32,000 nt of DNA, from NCBI RefSeq assembly GCF_003044035.1, contig NZ_NVQC01000020.1, positions 60,001 through 92,000 on the forward strand. Direction: 5' to 3'. Position 1 is the first letter of the stretch. Every line of letters begins with the position of its first letter. The stretch comes from Candidatus Methylomirabilis limnetica. Its GTDB lineage: Bacteria > Methylomirabilota > Methylomirabilia > Methylomirabilales > Methylomirabilaceae. The notes below the pieces were generated by a model, which was not told where the DNA came from, did no database searches, and saw nothing but the letters and a program-made list of their open reading frames with translations. This document shows, piece by piece, positions 16,476 to 24,339 of this stretch. The position numbers and the translations under genes were made by a program.

Positions 16476-17492
16476 ATGATCCGAATGATGGGCCTGGGTC
16501 TCGTTGTCGGGGCAGCCTTCGGGTACGCCCTGCAGCGTGGGCGCTTTTGCATGAACTCTACGTTCCGCGATATCCTGCTGGCGCGGGATCTCACCCTGCT
16601 ACGGGCCTACATCCTGGCTCTTTTGATTCAGATGGTCGGGGTCAGGGCGATGGCGACGTTGGGTCTGTTCGGGCTGGGCGTCACACCATTTTTTTGGGTA
16701 GCGACGTTGTGCGGCGGGTTCGTGTTCGGTATCGGAATGGCCTTTTCCGGTGGGTGAGGGAGCGGCAGTACTTACCGGTCCGGTGAGGGGATGGTGGGTT
16801 CGATTATTGCGCTGCTCGGTTTTGTATTTGGGATCACGATGACCAATGACGGCGTTTTAGAGCCGGTGCAAGTCGTCTTGCGGAGCTCCGTGGTTGAGAT
16901 CGATGGGCAGCCCGCAACGCTGGATCGCCTCTTGGGCGTGAATCCATGGATACTGGTAGTAACCTTCGTCATAGTTGGCGGTTGGTGGCTTCTGAAAAGC
17001 CCGGCCGGCGGCTACCAGAGAGGGTGGAGTTGGACAAGGAGCGGCATCACCATCGGTCTGATAGCCACGGCTGCCTGGCCGATCTCAGCCCTGACCGGAA
17101 GGGAGTACGGTCTTTCGATCACCGAGCCGATCCGAACGATCTCGGGGTTCCTGTTCACCGGTGAGACCTCCCTGCTCACCTGGGGGAGTTTCATGTGGGT
17201 GGGGCTCATTGCGGGCGCATACGTGGCGGCGAGGTCACATGGAGAGTTTGCCTGGCGCGCCCCTGGCGCTCAGCGTCTTCTCCAGGCTCTCGGGGGTGGT
17301 CTGCTGATGGGCGTGGGGGCCGGCATTGCGGGTGGATGCAACATCGGTCATGGGCTGACTGGAGTTCCACTCTTTGGACTGAGCAGTGTGACGGCGACAC
17401 TCGGTATTATCCTGGGAGTATGGGTCGGAGTCTATCTGTTGTTTGGTAGCATTGCGTTTGAGCGTGGGCCGCGAAACGCCCAGCGGGCGTAG
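16476..17492 (+). CDS. YeeE/YedE-family sulfur (thiosulfate/selenium) transporter, interrupted by an in-frame TGA (16755-16757) at a conserved Cys; candidate selenoprotein, or else split or pseudogenised
   Basis: ORFs 16431..16757 and 16791..17492 share a frame, and only the TGA lies between them. Read-through gives ...GIGMAFSGG-U-GSGSTYRSGEGMVGSIIALLGF..., paralleling the second-half motif GIAGGCNIGHGLTG. The first family Cys is at RGRFCMN. The total is 338 codons, typical for the family. ATG 16476 follows the E1 stop codon. Confidence 0.65.
16771..16787 (+). promoter_or_regulatory. Hairpin 13 nt downstream of the YeeE UGA with a GGUCC apical loop (candidate bacterial SECIS)
   Basis: CUUACC (16771-16776), GGUCC loop, GGUGAG (16782-16787). 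That gives six pairs, one of them a G-U wobble. Loop sequence and distance from the UGA resemble the E. coli fdhF SECIS apical loop (GGUC), recalled from memory. Confidence 0.4.
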
Positions 17493-17536
17493 AGTCTTCC
17501 GAACGTGGTGGCGATCGTAAAATCATGGGGGCAGCG

Positions 17537-17791
17537 ATGACGAAGTACTCCCTTGATGTGACTGGAGAGATTTGTCCGTATCCTTTGATGTTGACCAAAC
17601 AGAAAATGGGGAAACTTACAGCCGGTGATCAACTAGTGGTAATTGTCGATTACGCGAAATCGGTAGAAGATATCCCCAGATGGGCGAAGGAGGAAGGTTA
17701 TGCGGTCCTCGCCATTTCGGAAGTTGGTAGAACTCAATGGGAAATCGTCCTGGAAAAAGTCTCACCTGCATTATTGGAGGAGGGGAAATGA
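17537..17791 (+). CDS. TusA/SirA/YeeD-like sulfurtransferase
   Basis: SLDVTGEICPYPLMLTKQKM contains the CPxP active-site motif in an ~80-aa protein. ATG 17525 is an alternative start. Confidence 0.8.
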   Translation: MTKYSLDVTGEICPYPLMLTKQKMGKLTAGDQLVVIVDYAKSVEDIPRWAKEEGYAVLAISEVGRTQWEIVLEKVSPALLEEGK

Positions 17792-18033
17792 GTGGGGCGC
17801 CTGAGCAGATAGCCGAGTCCCTTGATCTGAAGGGGGAGGTATGCCCCTACACGTTTGTGAAGACCAAATTGGCGCTGGAAGAGCTACAAAGCGGTCAGGC
17901 GCTGATAATCATAGTGGATAACCCTAGTTCTGCTGAGAACGTTCCCAGGAGTTTACGCAGTGAAGGGCATATAGTTGCGGATGCGACGAAGTTGAATGAC
18001 ACTGACTGGGCGATCACGGTAATAAAGGCCTGA
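17788..18033 (+). CDS. TusA/SirA/YeeD-like sulfurtransferase, second paralog
   Basis: SLDLKGEVCPYTFVKTKLALEEL has the CPY motif. ATG 17788 overlaps the upstream TGA (ATGA) and follows GGAGGAGGGG. The ORF-track start at 17737 is an out-of-frame overlap with the first gene. Confidence 0.8.
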   Translation: MSGAPEQIAESLDLKGEVCPYTFVKTKLALEELQSGQALIIIVDNPSSAENVPRSLRSEGHIVADATKLNDTDWAITVIKA

Positions 18034-18085
18034 CCCGTAAGGTGAAGGTGGGCCGGGGACGAGAAGGCCGACAAAGAGGACATGG

Positions 18086-19021
18086 ATGAAAAAAGTCGAT
18101 ATTCTTGATGCGATCGGGCACACGCCGCTGATCGAACTGTCGCGGATGAGTCCCAAGAAAGAGGTTCGGATCTTCGCCAAGCTGGAGGGAGTGAACCCGA
18201 CCGGCAGCTTGAAGGATCGAATAGCGAAGTACATGATCGAGCAGGCCGAGCGGAGCGGCGAACTGACGAAGGGCCAAACGATTCTGGAGCCAACGAGCGG
18301 CAACACCGGTATCGCCTTGGCCATGATCGGGCGGAGGAAGGGGTACAAGGTCAAGGCGGTGATCCCGGAAAACGCTACCCCGGAGAGACGTCAACTCCTT
18401 GAGATCTTCGGCGCCGAGTTGATCTATTCTGATGGGACCAAAGGGAGTAATGGGGCTATTGAGTTGGCTCAAGAGCTTGTGGCGCAGGATCCAACCCTCT
18501 ACATGCCCTTTCAGTACGGTAATCCGGCCAACCCTCTGGCCCACTACGAAACGACCGGGGTGGAGATCCTGAACGACCTCCCGGAGGTTGATGTCTTTGT
18601 GGCCGGCCTTGGGACCGGCGGAACCCTGATGGGCGTGGGGAGACGGCTGAAGGAGCGTAACCCCAAGACCAAGGTCATTGCCGTGGAGCCGAATCCGGGC
18701 GATCTGGTCCAGGGGCTTCGCAGTCTTGATGAGGGTTTCATTCCACCGATCCTTGACACCAGCCTCTTGGACGGCAAAATAATGGTCGATTCTCGCTGTG
18801 CCTTTGCCGCTACCAAAGATCTGACCAACAAGGAAGGGATCTTTGCCGGCGTGTCCTCTGGGGCTGTCGTTCATGTGGCGATCCGGACGGCGCATCGAAT
18901 GGAGAAGGGCAACATCGTGGTAATCCTCTGCGATGGCGGGTGGAAGTATGTGAGCCTGGGTGTCTGGCATAAGGAGTTTCCCGCGCTGGGCGAGAACATG
19001 TACAGTCACCTCTGGTGGTAG
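18086..19021 (+). CDS. cysM: Cysteine synthase B-type PLP enzyme (CysM-like)
   Basis: [32 protein letters not shown] and GLGTGGTLMG are present. It lies next to a JAMM peptidase, as in the mycobacterial cysO-cysM-mec arrangement. Confidence 0.8.
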   Translation: MKKVDILDAIGHTPLIELSRMSPKKEVRIFAKLEGVNPTGSLKDRIAKYMIEQAERSGELTKGQTILEPTSGNTGIALAMIGRRKGYKVKAVIPENATPERRQLLEIFGAELIYSDGTKGSNGAIELAQELVAQDPTLYMPFQYGNPANPLAHYETTGVEILNDLPEVDVFVAGLGTGGTLMGVGRRLKERNPKTKVIAVEPNPGDLVQGLRSLDEGFIPPILDTSLLDGKIMVDSRCAFAATKDLTNKEGIFAGVSSGAVVHVAIRTAHRMEKGNIVVILCDGGWKYVSLGVWHKEFPALGENMYSHLWW

Positions 19022-19046
19022 GCCTGTGGTGAGCCCTGTCGAACCG

Positions 19047-19511
19047 ATGATCCATACGCAACCGGGGCTGAACGAAATCTTCGCTCACGCCGAGGAGGCA
19101 TATCCTGAAGAGGCCTGCGGGGTCGTCATAGGGAAGCCAGGCGATCCGAGTACGAATATTATCCGCAGATGCGCGAATCTGGCGAACCAGTATCAGCAGG
19201 ACGATCCAATTCGTTATCCGAGAGATGCAAGGACCGCCTATATCATGGACCCAAAGGACCTTCTACGGATTCAGAGCGAAGCTGATGCCAAAGGTCTTGA
19301 GTTTGTCGTTATCTACCATTCACACCCAGATCATGAAGCCTACTTCTCTGAGACCGATCGAGACTTGGCGTTGTTCGACGGTGAACCGTTGTGGCCGCAG
19401 ATGCACTATCTTGTCGTGTCAGTGAAAAATGGGAAAGTGTTGTACTTCAAAGCATTCAGGTGGGACGCGATCAAAAAAGAGTTTGCAGAAGAACCATCTG
19501 CTGTCTTTTAG
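19047..19511 (+). CDS. JAMM/MPN+ metallopeptidase (Mec+/HcyD/QbsD-like)
   Basis: Has the catalytic Glu context EEACGVVIG and a complete JAMM motif, HSHPDHEAYFSETD (HxH-x7-S-xx-D). GTG 19026 is an alternative start. Confidence 0.8.
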   Translation: MIHTQPGLNEIFAHAEEAYPEEACGVVIGKPGDPSTNIIRRCANLANQYQQDDPIRYPRDARTAYIMDPKDLLRIQSEADAKGLEFVVIYHSHPDHEAYFSETDRDLALFDGEPLWPQMHYLVVSVKNGKVLYFKAFRWDAIKKEFAEEPSAVF

Positions 19512-19602
19512 CTCAACGACTAGCTTCTCTTTCAGGGTTGCGTGGAGTAGTGAGAAGTGATGTGCAAAGCCTCCGAGGCCGAGATGGATGACCGTGCGAT
19601 GA

Positions 19603-20559
19603 ATGGAAGTAATGGGCATGATGGACCTTGATACCGGGCAAATCACGCTCATAGCTATCACGCTCTTTGCGGCCGCCGTCAATGGGGCGCTAGGGTATGG
19701 GTTTTCATCGCTGACCGTCCCGGTTGCCCTCATCTTCTATTCTAACAGGATCCTGAATCCCGCCTTGGTATTGGTGGAGGTGGCCCTTAATAGCTACGTG
19801 CTGCTCGTCAATCGCAGTAGCATCCGGAAGATCTGGAAGAGGGTGCTACCGATCGTATTTGGCCTTATTCCTGGTGTCATCGCGGGGAGTTATTTCCTCT
19901 CGATGGCGAACCCGGGATGGCTTAAGCTGATCACGTATCTCATCGTGCTGCCGTTGATCCTGCTGCAGGCGGCAGGGGTCAGGCGGCCGATTCGGTCCGA
20001 ACATCTCATTGGTGTCCCGTTCGGCGCCGGAGTTGGCGTTCTCTATTCAACAACCACCATCTCTGGTCCTCCTTTGGCGCTCCTGTTTAACAACCAGGGC
20101 TTTGTCAAAGGCGAGTTTAGAGCCGCCCTTGGTCTGATCAGAATGGTCGAATCAACCGTGACAGCGACCGCGTATTACTTTCTAGGAGTGTATACTGCAG
20201 AGAGTACGGGGCTCCTGTCGTCGATCGTTCCGAGCGTCGCGATCGGGATTCCGATAGGGGCCTACATCATCAGACGCATGAATGCTGAAACGTTCAGAAG
20301 AATCTGTATGAGCTTCGATGCCTGGGTGGTGGGCTTTGGATTATCGAAGGTATTTATCGAGCTGGGATTGATCGCAAGCCCGCGTGCCTACGGTGTCTGG
20401 CTGGCTGTTATCATGATCGATCTCTTTTTACTCTACGGCTTCTTTACGAGGGGGCCGGAGATCTCGGCGGCCGCCTTGGCTGTCGATGCCCCTGATGGGG
20501 GTTCCAGGCTCATGCATCAAAAAACGCCGACCATAACCCAGGACGATCTGCCTGCATGA
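19603..20559 (+). CDS. TauE/SafE (TSUP, DUF81) family anion permease
   Basis: Polytopic membrane protein with the family N-terminus AAAVNGALGYGFSSLTVP and an internal repeat GAGVGVLYSTTTISGPP. Confidence 0.7.
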   Translation: MEVMGMMDLDTGQITLIAITLFAAAVNGALGYGFSSLTVPVALIFYSNRILNPALVLVEVALNSYVLLVNRSSIRKIWKRVLPIVFGLIPGVIAGSYFLSMANPGWLKLITYLIVLPLILLQAAGVRRPIRSEHLIGVPFGAGVGVLYSTTTISGPPLALLFNNQGFVKGEFRAALGLIRMVESTVTATAYYFLGVYTAESTGLLSSIVPSVAIGIPIGAYIIRRMNAETFRRICMSFDAWVVGFGLSKVFIELGLIASPRAYGVWLAVIMIDLFLLYGFFTRGPEISAAALAVDAPDGGSRLMHQKTPTITQDDLPA

Positions 20560-20589
20560 GTGTATCGCCCGGTAGCGAGCGAGCGGTGA

Positions 20590-22359
20590 ATGATGGGGAG
20601 GGCAATAATGAATGATGCGGGCGAAAACAGGCCGTCCTGGGCTAGTGAGGAGGAGATCGATACCTTCGATCAGTTCGTCCAAAGGTTCTGGAATGGGGAG
20701 ATCTCACCAGACGAGTTCAAGCGGTTCCGCCTGCAGAACGGGGTCTACGGACAGCGGCAGGAAGGGGAACAGATGCTCCGGATCAAGATCCCGTGGGGCG
20801 GTCTCAGCTCGGATCAACTGGAGCTGCTCGCCGAGCTGGCGGCGAAGGCTCCGAAGGGGGTAGGTCACGTGACTACCCGCCAGAACATCCAGTTCCACTT
20901 CATCAAACTCGACCAGGTGACAGGACTGACGAGGAGCCTGGCCTCAATCGGGCTGACGACCAGAGAGGCCTGCGGAAACACCGTTCGCACCGTTACGGTC
21001 GGGCACTGCGCCGGGGTCTGCCCTCAAGAAGTGTTCGACGTTACCCCGTATGCCGCTACGATTACGCGATTTCTCCTGCGCAATCCGATGAATCAGAACC
21101 TGCCCAGGAAGTTTAAAATCGCGTTCTCCGGCTGTCCCGACGACCTTGGTCTCACCCCTATCCAGGACATCGGTGCCCGTGCTGCGCTCCGATTGACAGC
21201 AGGAAAGGAGGAGCGGGGCTTTCAGCTTTATGTCGGGGGCGGCCTAGGCCCCACGCCACACCTCGCGGAGTTGCTCGAGGAGTTTACGCCGGCGAATCGG
21301 CTCCTGCCGACAGTGGCCGCTATTGTGCGCGTATTCGACCGCCTCGGTAATCGTGACGATCGACACAAGGCCAGAATGAAGTTCCTGTTGAACAAGCTGG
21401 GGATCGAGCAGTTTCGATTACTGGTGTTCCAGGAGCGGACCGGACTCGAATCAACAATGGCCGGACAGTTTCCCCCTCTTGTCAGTTGGGAGGAGATCCC
21501 GCCTCATCGTGCATCACCTGTTTCGGCGGGTCCCATCAAAGAGTCGGACGATCCTGCCTACCGGGGGTGGCGGACCACCAATGTGCTGAAGCAGAAGCAG
21601 GCCGGATACCTGATGGTTCATGTTCGCCTCGAACTCGGAGACGTCACCTCAGTACAGCTTAGAAGCCTTGCCTTCGCGGCGCGTGAGTTCGGCGATGGCA
21701 CAGTCCGCAGCACGAACCAGCAGAACTTCGCCCTCAGGTGGATTCCCTCTGAGCGCCTCCCTGCGCTCTATCGGTTGCTCCACGCTGTCGGCTTGGCTGC
21801 CCCGTCGGCTGAACGGTTGGCAGATATTACCGCTTGTCCAGGCGCTGATACCTGCCAGCTCGGAATCACCTCCTCTCGCGGCTTGGCGGCTGCCCTGGGA
21901 GCCCTCTTCGATGATGAACTGAGGGATCTGGCGGATGAGGCGGGGATTCGGATGAAGATTTCTGCCTGCCCAAACTCTTGTGGCCAGCACCACCTTGCGA
22001 ATATCGGGTTTTATGGCGGCGCCAAAAAGTTCAACGGCCGGCAGGTGCCGACCTACGAGATGTTGCTGGGTGCGAGTTTGGCGCCGGGCCAGGCGCAATA
22101 TGGCAAGCCGGTGGCACGGATCCCGGCAAAGAATATCCCGGGTGCGGTGGAGGCGGTCCTCCGTCTGTATCAGAAAGAGCGACAGGATGGCGAATCGTTC
22201 AACGGCTTTCTGGATCGCTATGGGTTGGAGACCGTGAAGATAGTCCTGGCGCCCTTTACAGACCTGCTGCCGGTCTCTGAGGCGCCGGATCACTATCTTG
22301 ACTATAACGCTGAAGAGGCGTTTTCCGTCCAGACCGGGCCTGGCGAGTGCGCTGCGTAA
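20590..22359 (+). CDS. Assimilatory sulfite reductase hemoprotein (ferredoxin-type nitrite/sulfite reductase, siroheme-[4Fe-4S])
   Basis: TTRQNIQFH is present. The cluster/siroheme Cys motifs are CPGADTC and CPNSCGQHHLANIGF. The half-domain is duplicated. Confidence 0.85.
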   Translation: MMGRAIMNDAGENRPSWASEEEIDTFDQFVQRFWNGEISPDEFKRFRLQNGVYGQRQEGEQMLRIKIPWGGLSSDQLELLAELAAKAPKGVGHVTTRQNIQFHFIKLDQVTGLTRSLASIGLTTREACGNTVRTVTVGHCAGVCPQEVFDVTPYAATITRFLLRNPMNQNLPRKFKIAFSGCPDDLGLTPIQDIGARAALRLTAGKEERGFQLYVGGGLGPTPHLAELLEEFTPANRLLPTVAAIVRVFDRLGNRDDRHKARMKFLLNKLGIEQFRLLVFQERTGLESTMAGQFPPLVSWEEIPPHRASPVSAGPIKESDDPAYRGWRTTNVLKQKQAGYLMVHVRLELGDVTSVQLRSLAFAAREFGDGTVRSTNQQNFALRWIPSERLPALYRLLHAVGLAAPSAERLADITACPGADTCQLGITSSRGLAAALGALFDDELRDLADEAGIRMKISACPNSCGQHHLANIGFYGGAKKFNGRQVPTYEMLLGASLAPGQAQYGKPVARIPAKNIPGAVEAVLRLYQKERQDGESFNGFLDRYGLETVKIVLAPFTDLLPVSEAPDHYLDYNAEEAFSVQTGPGECAA

Positions 22360-22427
22360 TCATCGGATCAAGAGAGTGCCGTAGTCGGCTGGGAAGGTCG
22401 GTATGAACAACAATGAGAGGAGAGGGA

Positions 22428-23408
22428 ATGGGGAGACGGGTCGTTAAGCTGGCGCCATGGATAACCGGGCTAGCCTTGGTAGTAGGAGTCACGTGGATCG
22501 GCCAGGCCCACGCATACGAAGCATGGGTGACGAATCAGGAAGACCATACCGTCACCGTGATCGATACCGAGACTAATACGGTCCTCGACACGATCACGCC
22601 GGGCGGCAAGAAGCCCCATAACGTCGCCTTTTCACCGGACGGCGCCCATGCCTTTGTCGCGAATGTGGCGTCCAACGACGTGAACATGATCGAGACAAAA
22701 ACGAGAAAGGTGATCGCGACATTTCCCGCCGGGATCAGGGCGCATGGCCTTGCCGTTGCCCCCGATGGTAAGCAGCTCTGGGTGGCGAACCCGGGATCAA
22801 ACGATGTGACAGTCATTGATCTTCAACTCCGGCAAACGATCGACACGATCCCAGTCGGGAAAGCCCCCGCGCTCGTAGTCTTTGATCCGAAAGGCGCGAG
22901 AGCCTTTGTCAGCAACGGGGGATCCGGGGACCTTTCTGTGATCGATGCGAAGAGCCGGAAGATCATTACCACCATCGAGGCAGGCAAGGGCGCCATGGGG
23001 ACAGATATCACATGGGACGGAAAGCTTCTGCTGGTTACAGCGGGGGATGTCGATCGAATCGACGTGATCGATGCGATTAGTCACCAGGTCAAGGCGAGGA
23101 TCCCGCGAGAGGGCGAACCGCATGGCCTTGTGCTGTCGCCTGACGGGAAGCGAGCATACGTTGGGAGCCGCAAGGCGAATGTGGTGTCGATTGTCGATTG
23201 CAAGCAGTTGAAGATTATAAAAGATATTCCAGCAGGCAAGCGGATCGACATCATCACGATTACGCCGGATGGCCGTCGCCTCTACGTGACCAGCCGTGAC
23301 ACCAATACCGTGATCGCCATCGATACGCTAACAGAGAAGGTTGTCGCTGAGATTCCGGTAGGAAAAGACCCTCACGGGATCGCTGTACTTCCTGCGAGCC
23401 ATCACTAA
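22428..23408 (+). CDS. Secreted YVTN-type beta-propeller repeat protein (cytochrome-d1/lactonase-like fold)
   Basis: Signal peptide MGRRVVKLAPWITGLALVVGVTWIGQAHA. Repeats run V-T-V-I-D-...-P-H-G-x-A-x-S-P-D-G-...-Y-V-x-N. GGAG lies 6 nt before ATG 22428, and ATG 22413 is an alternative start. Unlike 2755..3906, it has no C-terminal sorting signal. Confidence 0.75.
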   Translation: MGRRVVKLAPWITGLALVVGVTWIGQAHAYEAWVTNQEDHTVTVIDTETNTVLDTITPGGKKPHNVAFSPDGAHAFVANVASNDVNMIETKTRKVIATFPAGIRAHGLAVAPDGKQLWVANPGSNDVTVIDLQLRQTIDTIPVGKAPALVVFDPKGARAFVSNGGSGDLSVIDAKSRKIITTIEAGKGAMGTDITWDGKLLLVTAGDVDRIDVIDAISHQVKARIPREGEPHGLVLSPDGKRAYVGSRKANVVSIVDCKQLKIIKDIPAGKRIDIITITPDGRRLYVTSRDTNTVIAIDTLTEKVVAEIPVGKDPHGIAVLPASHH

Positions 23409-23428
23409 GATTACTAAGATACAGATAA

Positions 23429-23492
23429 CCCCCCCCAACCCCCCCTTTGTAAGGGGGGGGAGAGAGAAGGGGGGGTAAGAGGGGAACTGGGG
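23429..23492. repeat. C-run/G-run imperfect hairpin followed by four G-tracts
   Basis: C8-AA-C7-TTTGTAA-G8-AGAGAGAA-G7-TAAGA-G4-AACT-G4. It shares the CCCCC-TTT..AA-GGGGG core with the hairpins inside the element at 2473-2630. Confidence 0.85.
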
Positions 23493-23577
23493 ACTTTCGA
23501 AGTAATGGCATGGTCGCAGCCTCGCGTGTAGCTGCGCGAATTATTTCACGTGCGTTGACATATTCCAATAAGGAGGA

Positions 23578-24339
23578 ATGATGGAAAGACAATCGGGAAT
23601 TCAGAGCGCAGAGAGCATTATTGAACTGAACGAGCGGTTCCGGGGGGCCGGGCCGGAGGTGGTGCTTCGGTGGGCGATCGACACCTTCGCTCCCAAGCTG
23701 GCGCTCGCCAGCAGTTTTGGGGCTGAAGATATGGTTTTAATCGATATGCTGTCGAAGCTCGAGCCGGCGACCACGATTTTCACCCTGGACACAGGTCGGT
23801 TGCATGAGGAGACGTACGACATAATGGAGCGGACCCGAGAACGGTACAAGGTTGCGATTGAGAGCTACTTCCCGGGGCGAGACGCCGTAGAGGCGCTAGA
23901 GCGCGAGCGCGGGTTTTATTCCTTCCGGCAGAGTATCGAGGAACGGAAGTTCTGCTGTCGCGTCCGAAAGGTGGAGCCGCTCGGTCGAGCGCTGCTAAAC
24001 GTTGATGCGTGGATCACCGGGCTCCGGCGGGAGCAGGCAGCGACCCGCACCGGCATCGACGCTGTTGAGATTGATGCGAGCCATGGCTCAATCGTTAAGA
24101 TCAATCCGCTCGTCGATTGGACCGAGTCGCAGGTCTGGGCGTATATCCGCGAGCACGATGTGCCCAGCAACGCTCTTCATGACCAGGGCTTTCCCAGCAT
24201 CGGCTGCGCGCCATGCACGAGGGCTATCAAGCCGGGCGAGGATGTACGAGCTGGACGATGGTGGTGGGAAAACCCGGAGACCAAGGAGTGCGGGCTGCAT
24301 CTGGAGAGCGGACACGGCGATCATGGCGCACGCGGCTAA
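23578..24339 (+). CDS. cysH: Assimilatory APS reductase ([4Fe-4S]-type CysH)
   Basis: SFGAEDMVLIDM and the catalytic ECGLH are present. The Fe-S Cys pairs FCCRVRK and GCAPC are typical of APS-specific rather than PAPS-specific enzymes. The start is ATG 23578 or 23581, after AGGAGG. Confidence 0.85.
   Translation: MMERQSGIQSAESIIELNERFRGAGPEVVLRWAIDTFAPKLALASSFGAEDMVLIDMLSKLEPATTIFTLDTGRLHEETYDIMERTRERYKVAIESYFPGRDAVEALERERGFYSFRQSIEERKFCCRVRKVEPLGRALLNVDAWITGLRREQAATRTGIDAVEIDASHGSIVKINPLVDWTESQVWAYIREHDVPSNALHDQGFPSIGCAPCTRAIKPGEDVRAGRWWWENPETKECGLHLESGHGDHGARG

Noticed and set aside
15464-16594. 376-aa ORF on the minus strand, antisense to the Ubl-E1 gene
   Set aside because: It has Arg/Pro/Asp-rich low-complexity composition and no recognisable motifs. 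It lies fully opposite a gene with strong E1 motifs, so it is a typical high-GC shadow ORF.
16431-17492. Interpreting the two YeeE fragments as a naturally split two-gene transporter, as in two-gene YeeE/YedE-type systems
   Set aside because: Not fully excluded, but less likely. The break is a single in-frame TGA at a conserved Cys inside a motif, not at the boundary between the two internal repeats. The second fragment would start within a helix. A hairpin follows the TGA, and the host decodes Sec in SelD.
18014-19009. 331-aa ORF on the minus strand, antisense to cysM
   Set aside because: Same reasoning. The plus-strand frame carries complete PLP cysteine-synthase motifs. The antisense product is Arg/Pro/His-rich and has no family resemblance.
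21649-22293. 214-aa minus-strand ORF, and several 100-aa plus-strand ORFs inside the sulfite reductase gene
   Set aside because: These are shadow ORFs of a well-supported 589-aa sulfite reductase CDS.
23554-23580. TTGACA hexamer just upstream of cysH as a promoter -35
   Set aside because: A -10 at proper spacing would fall on the Shine-Dalgarno and start codon, leaving no leader, and no acceptable -10 hexamer is present.
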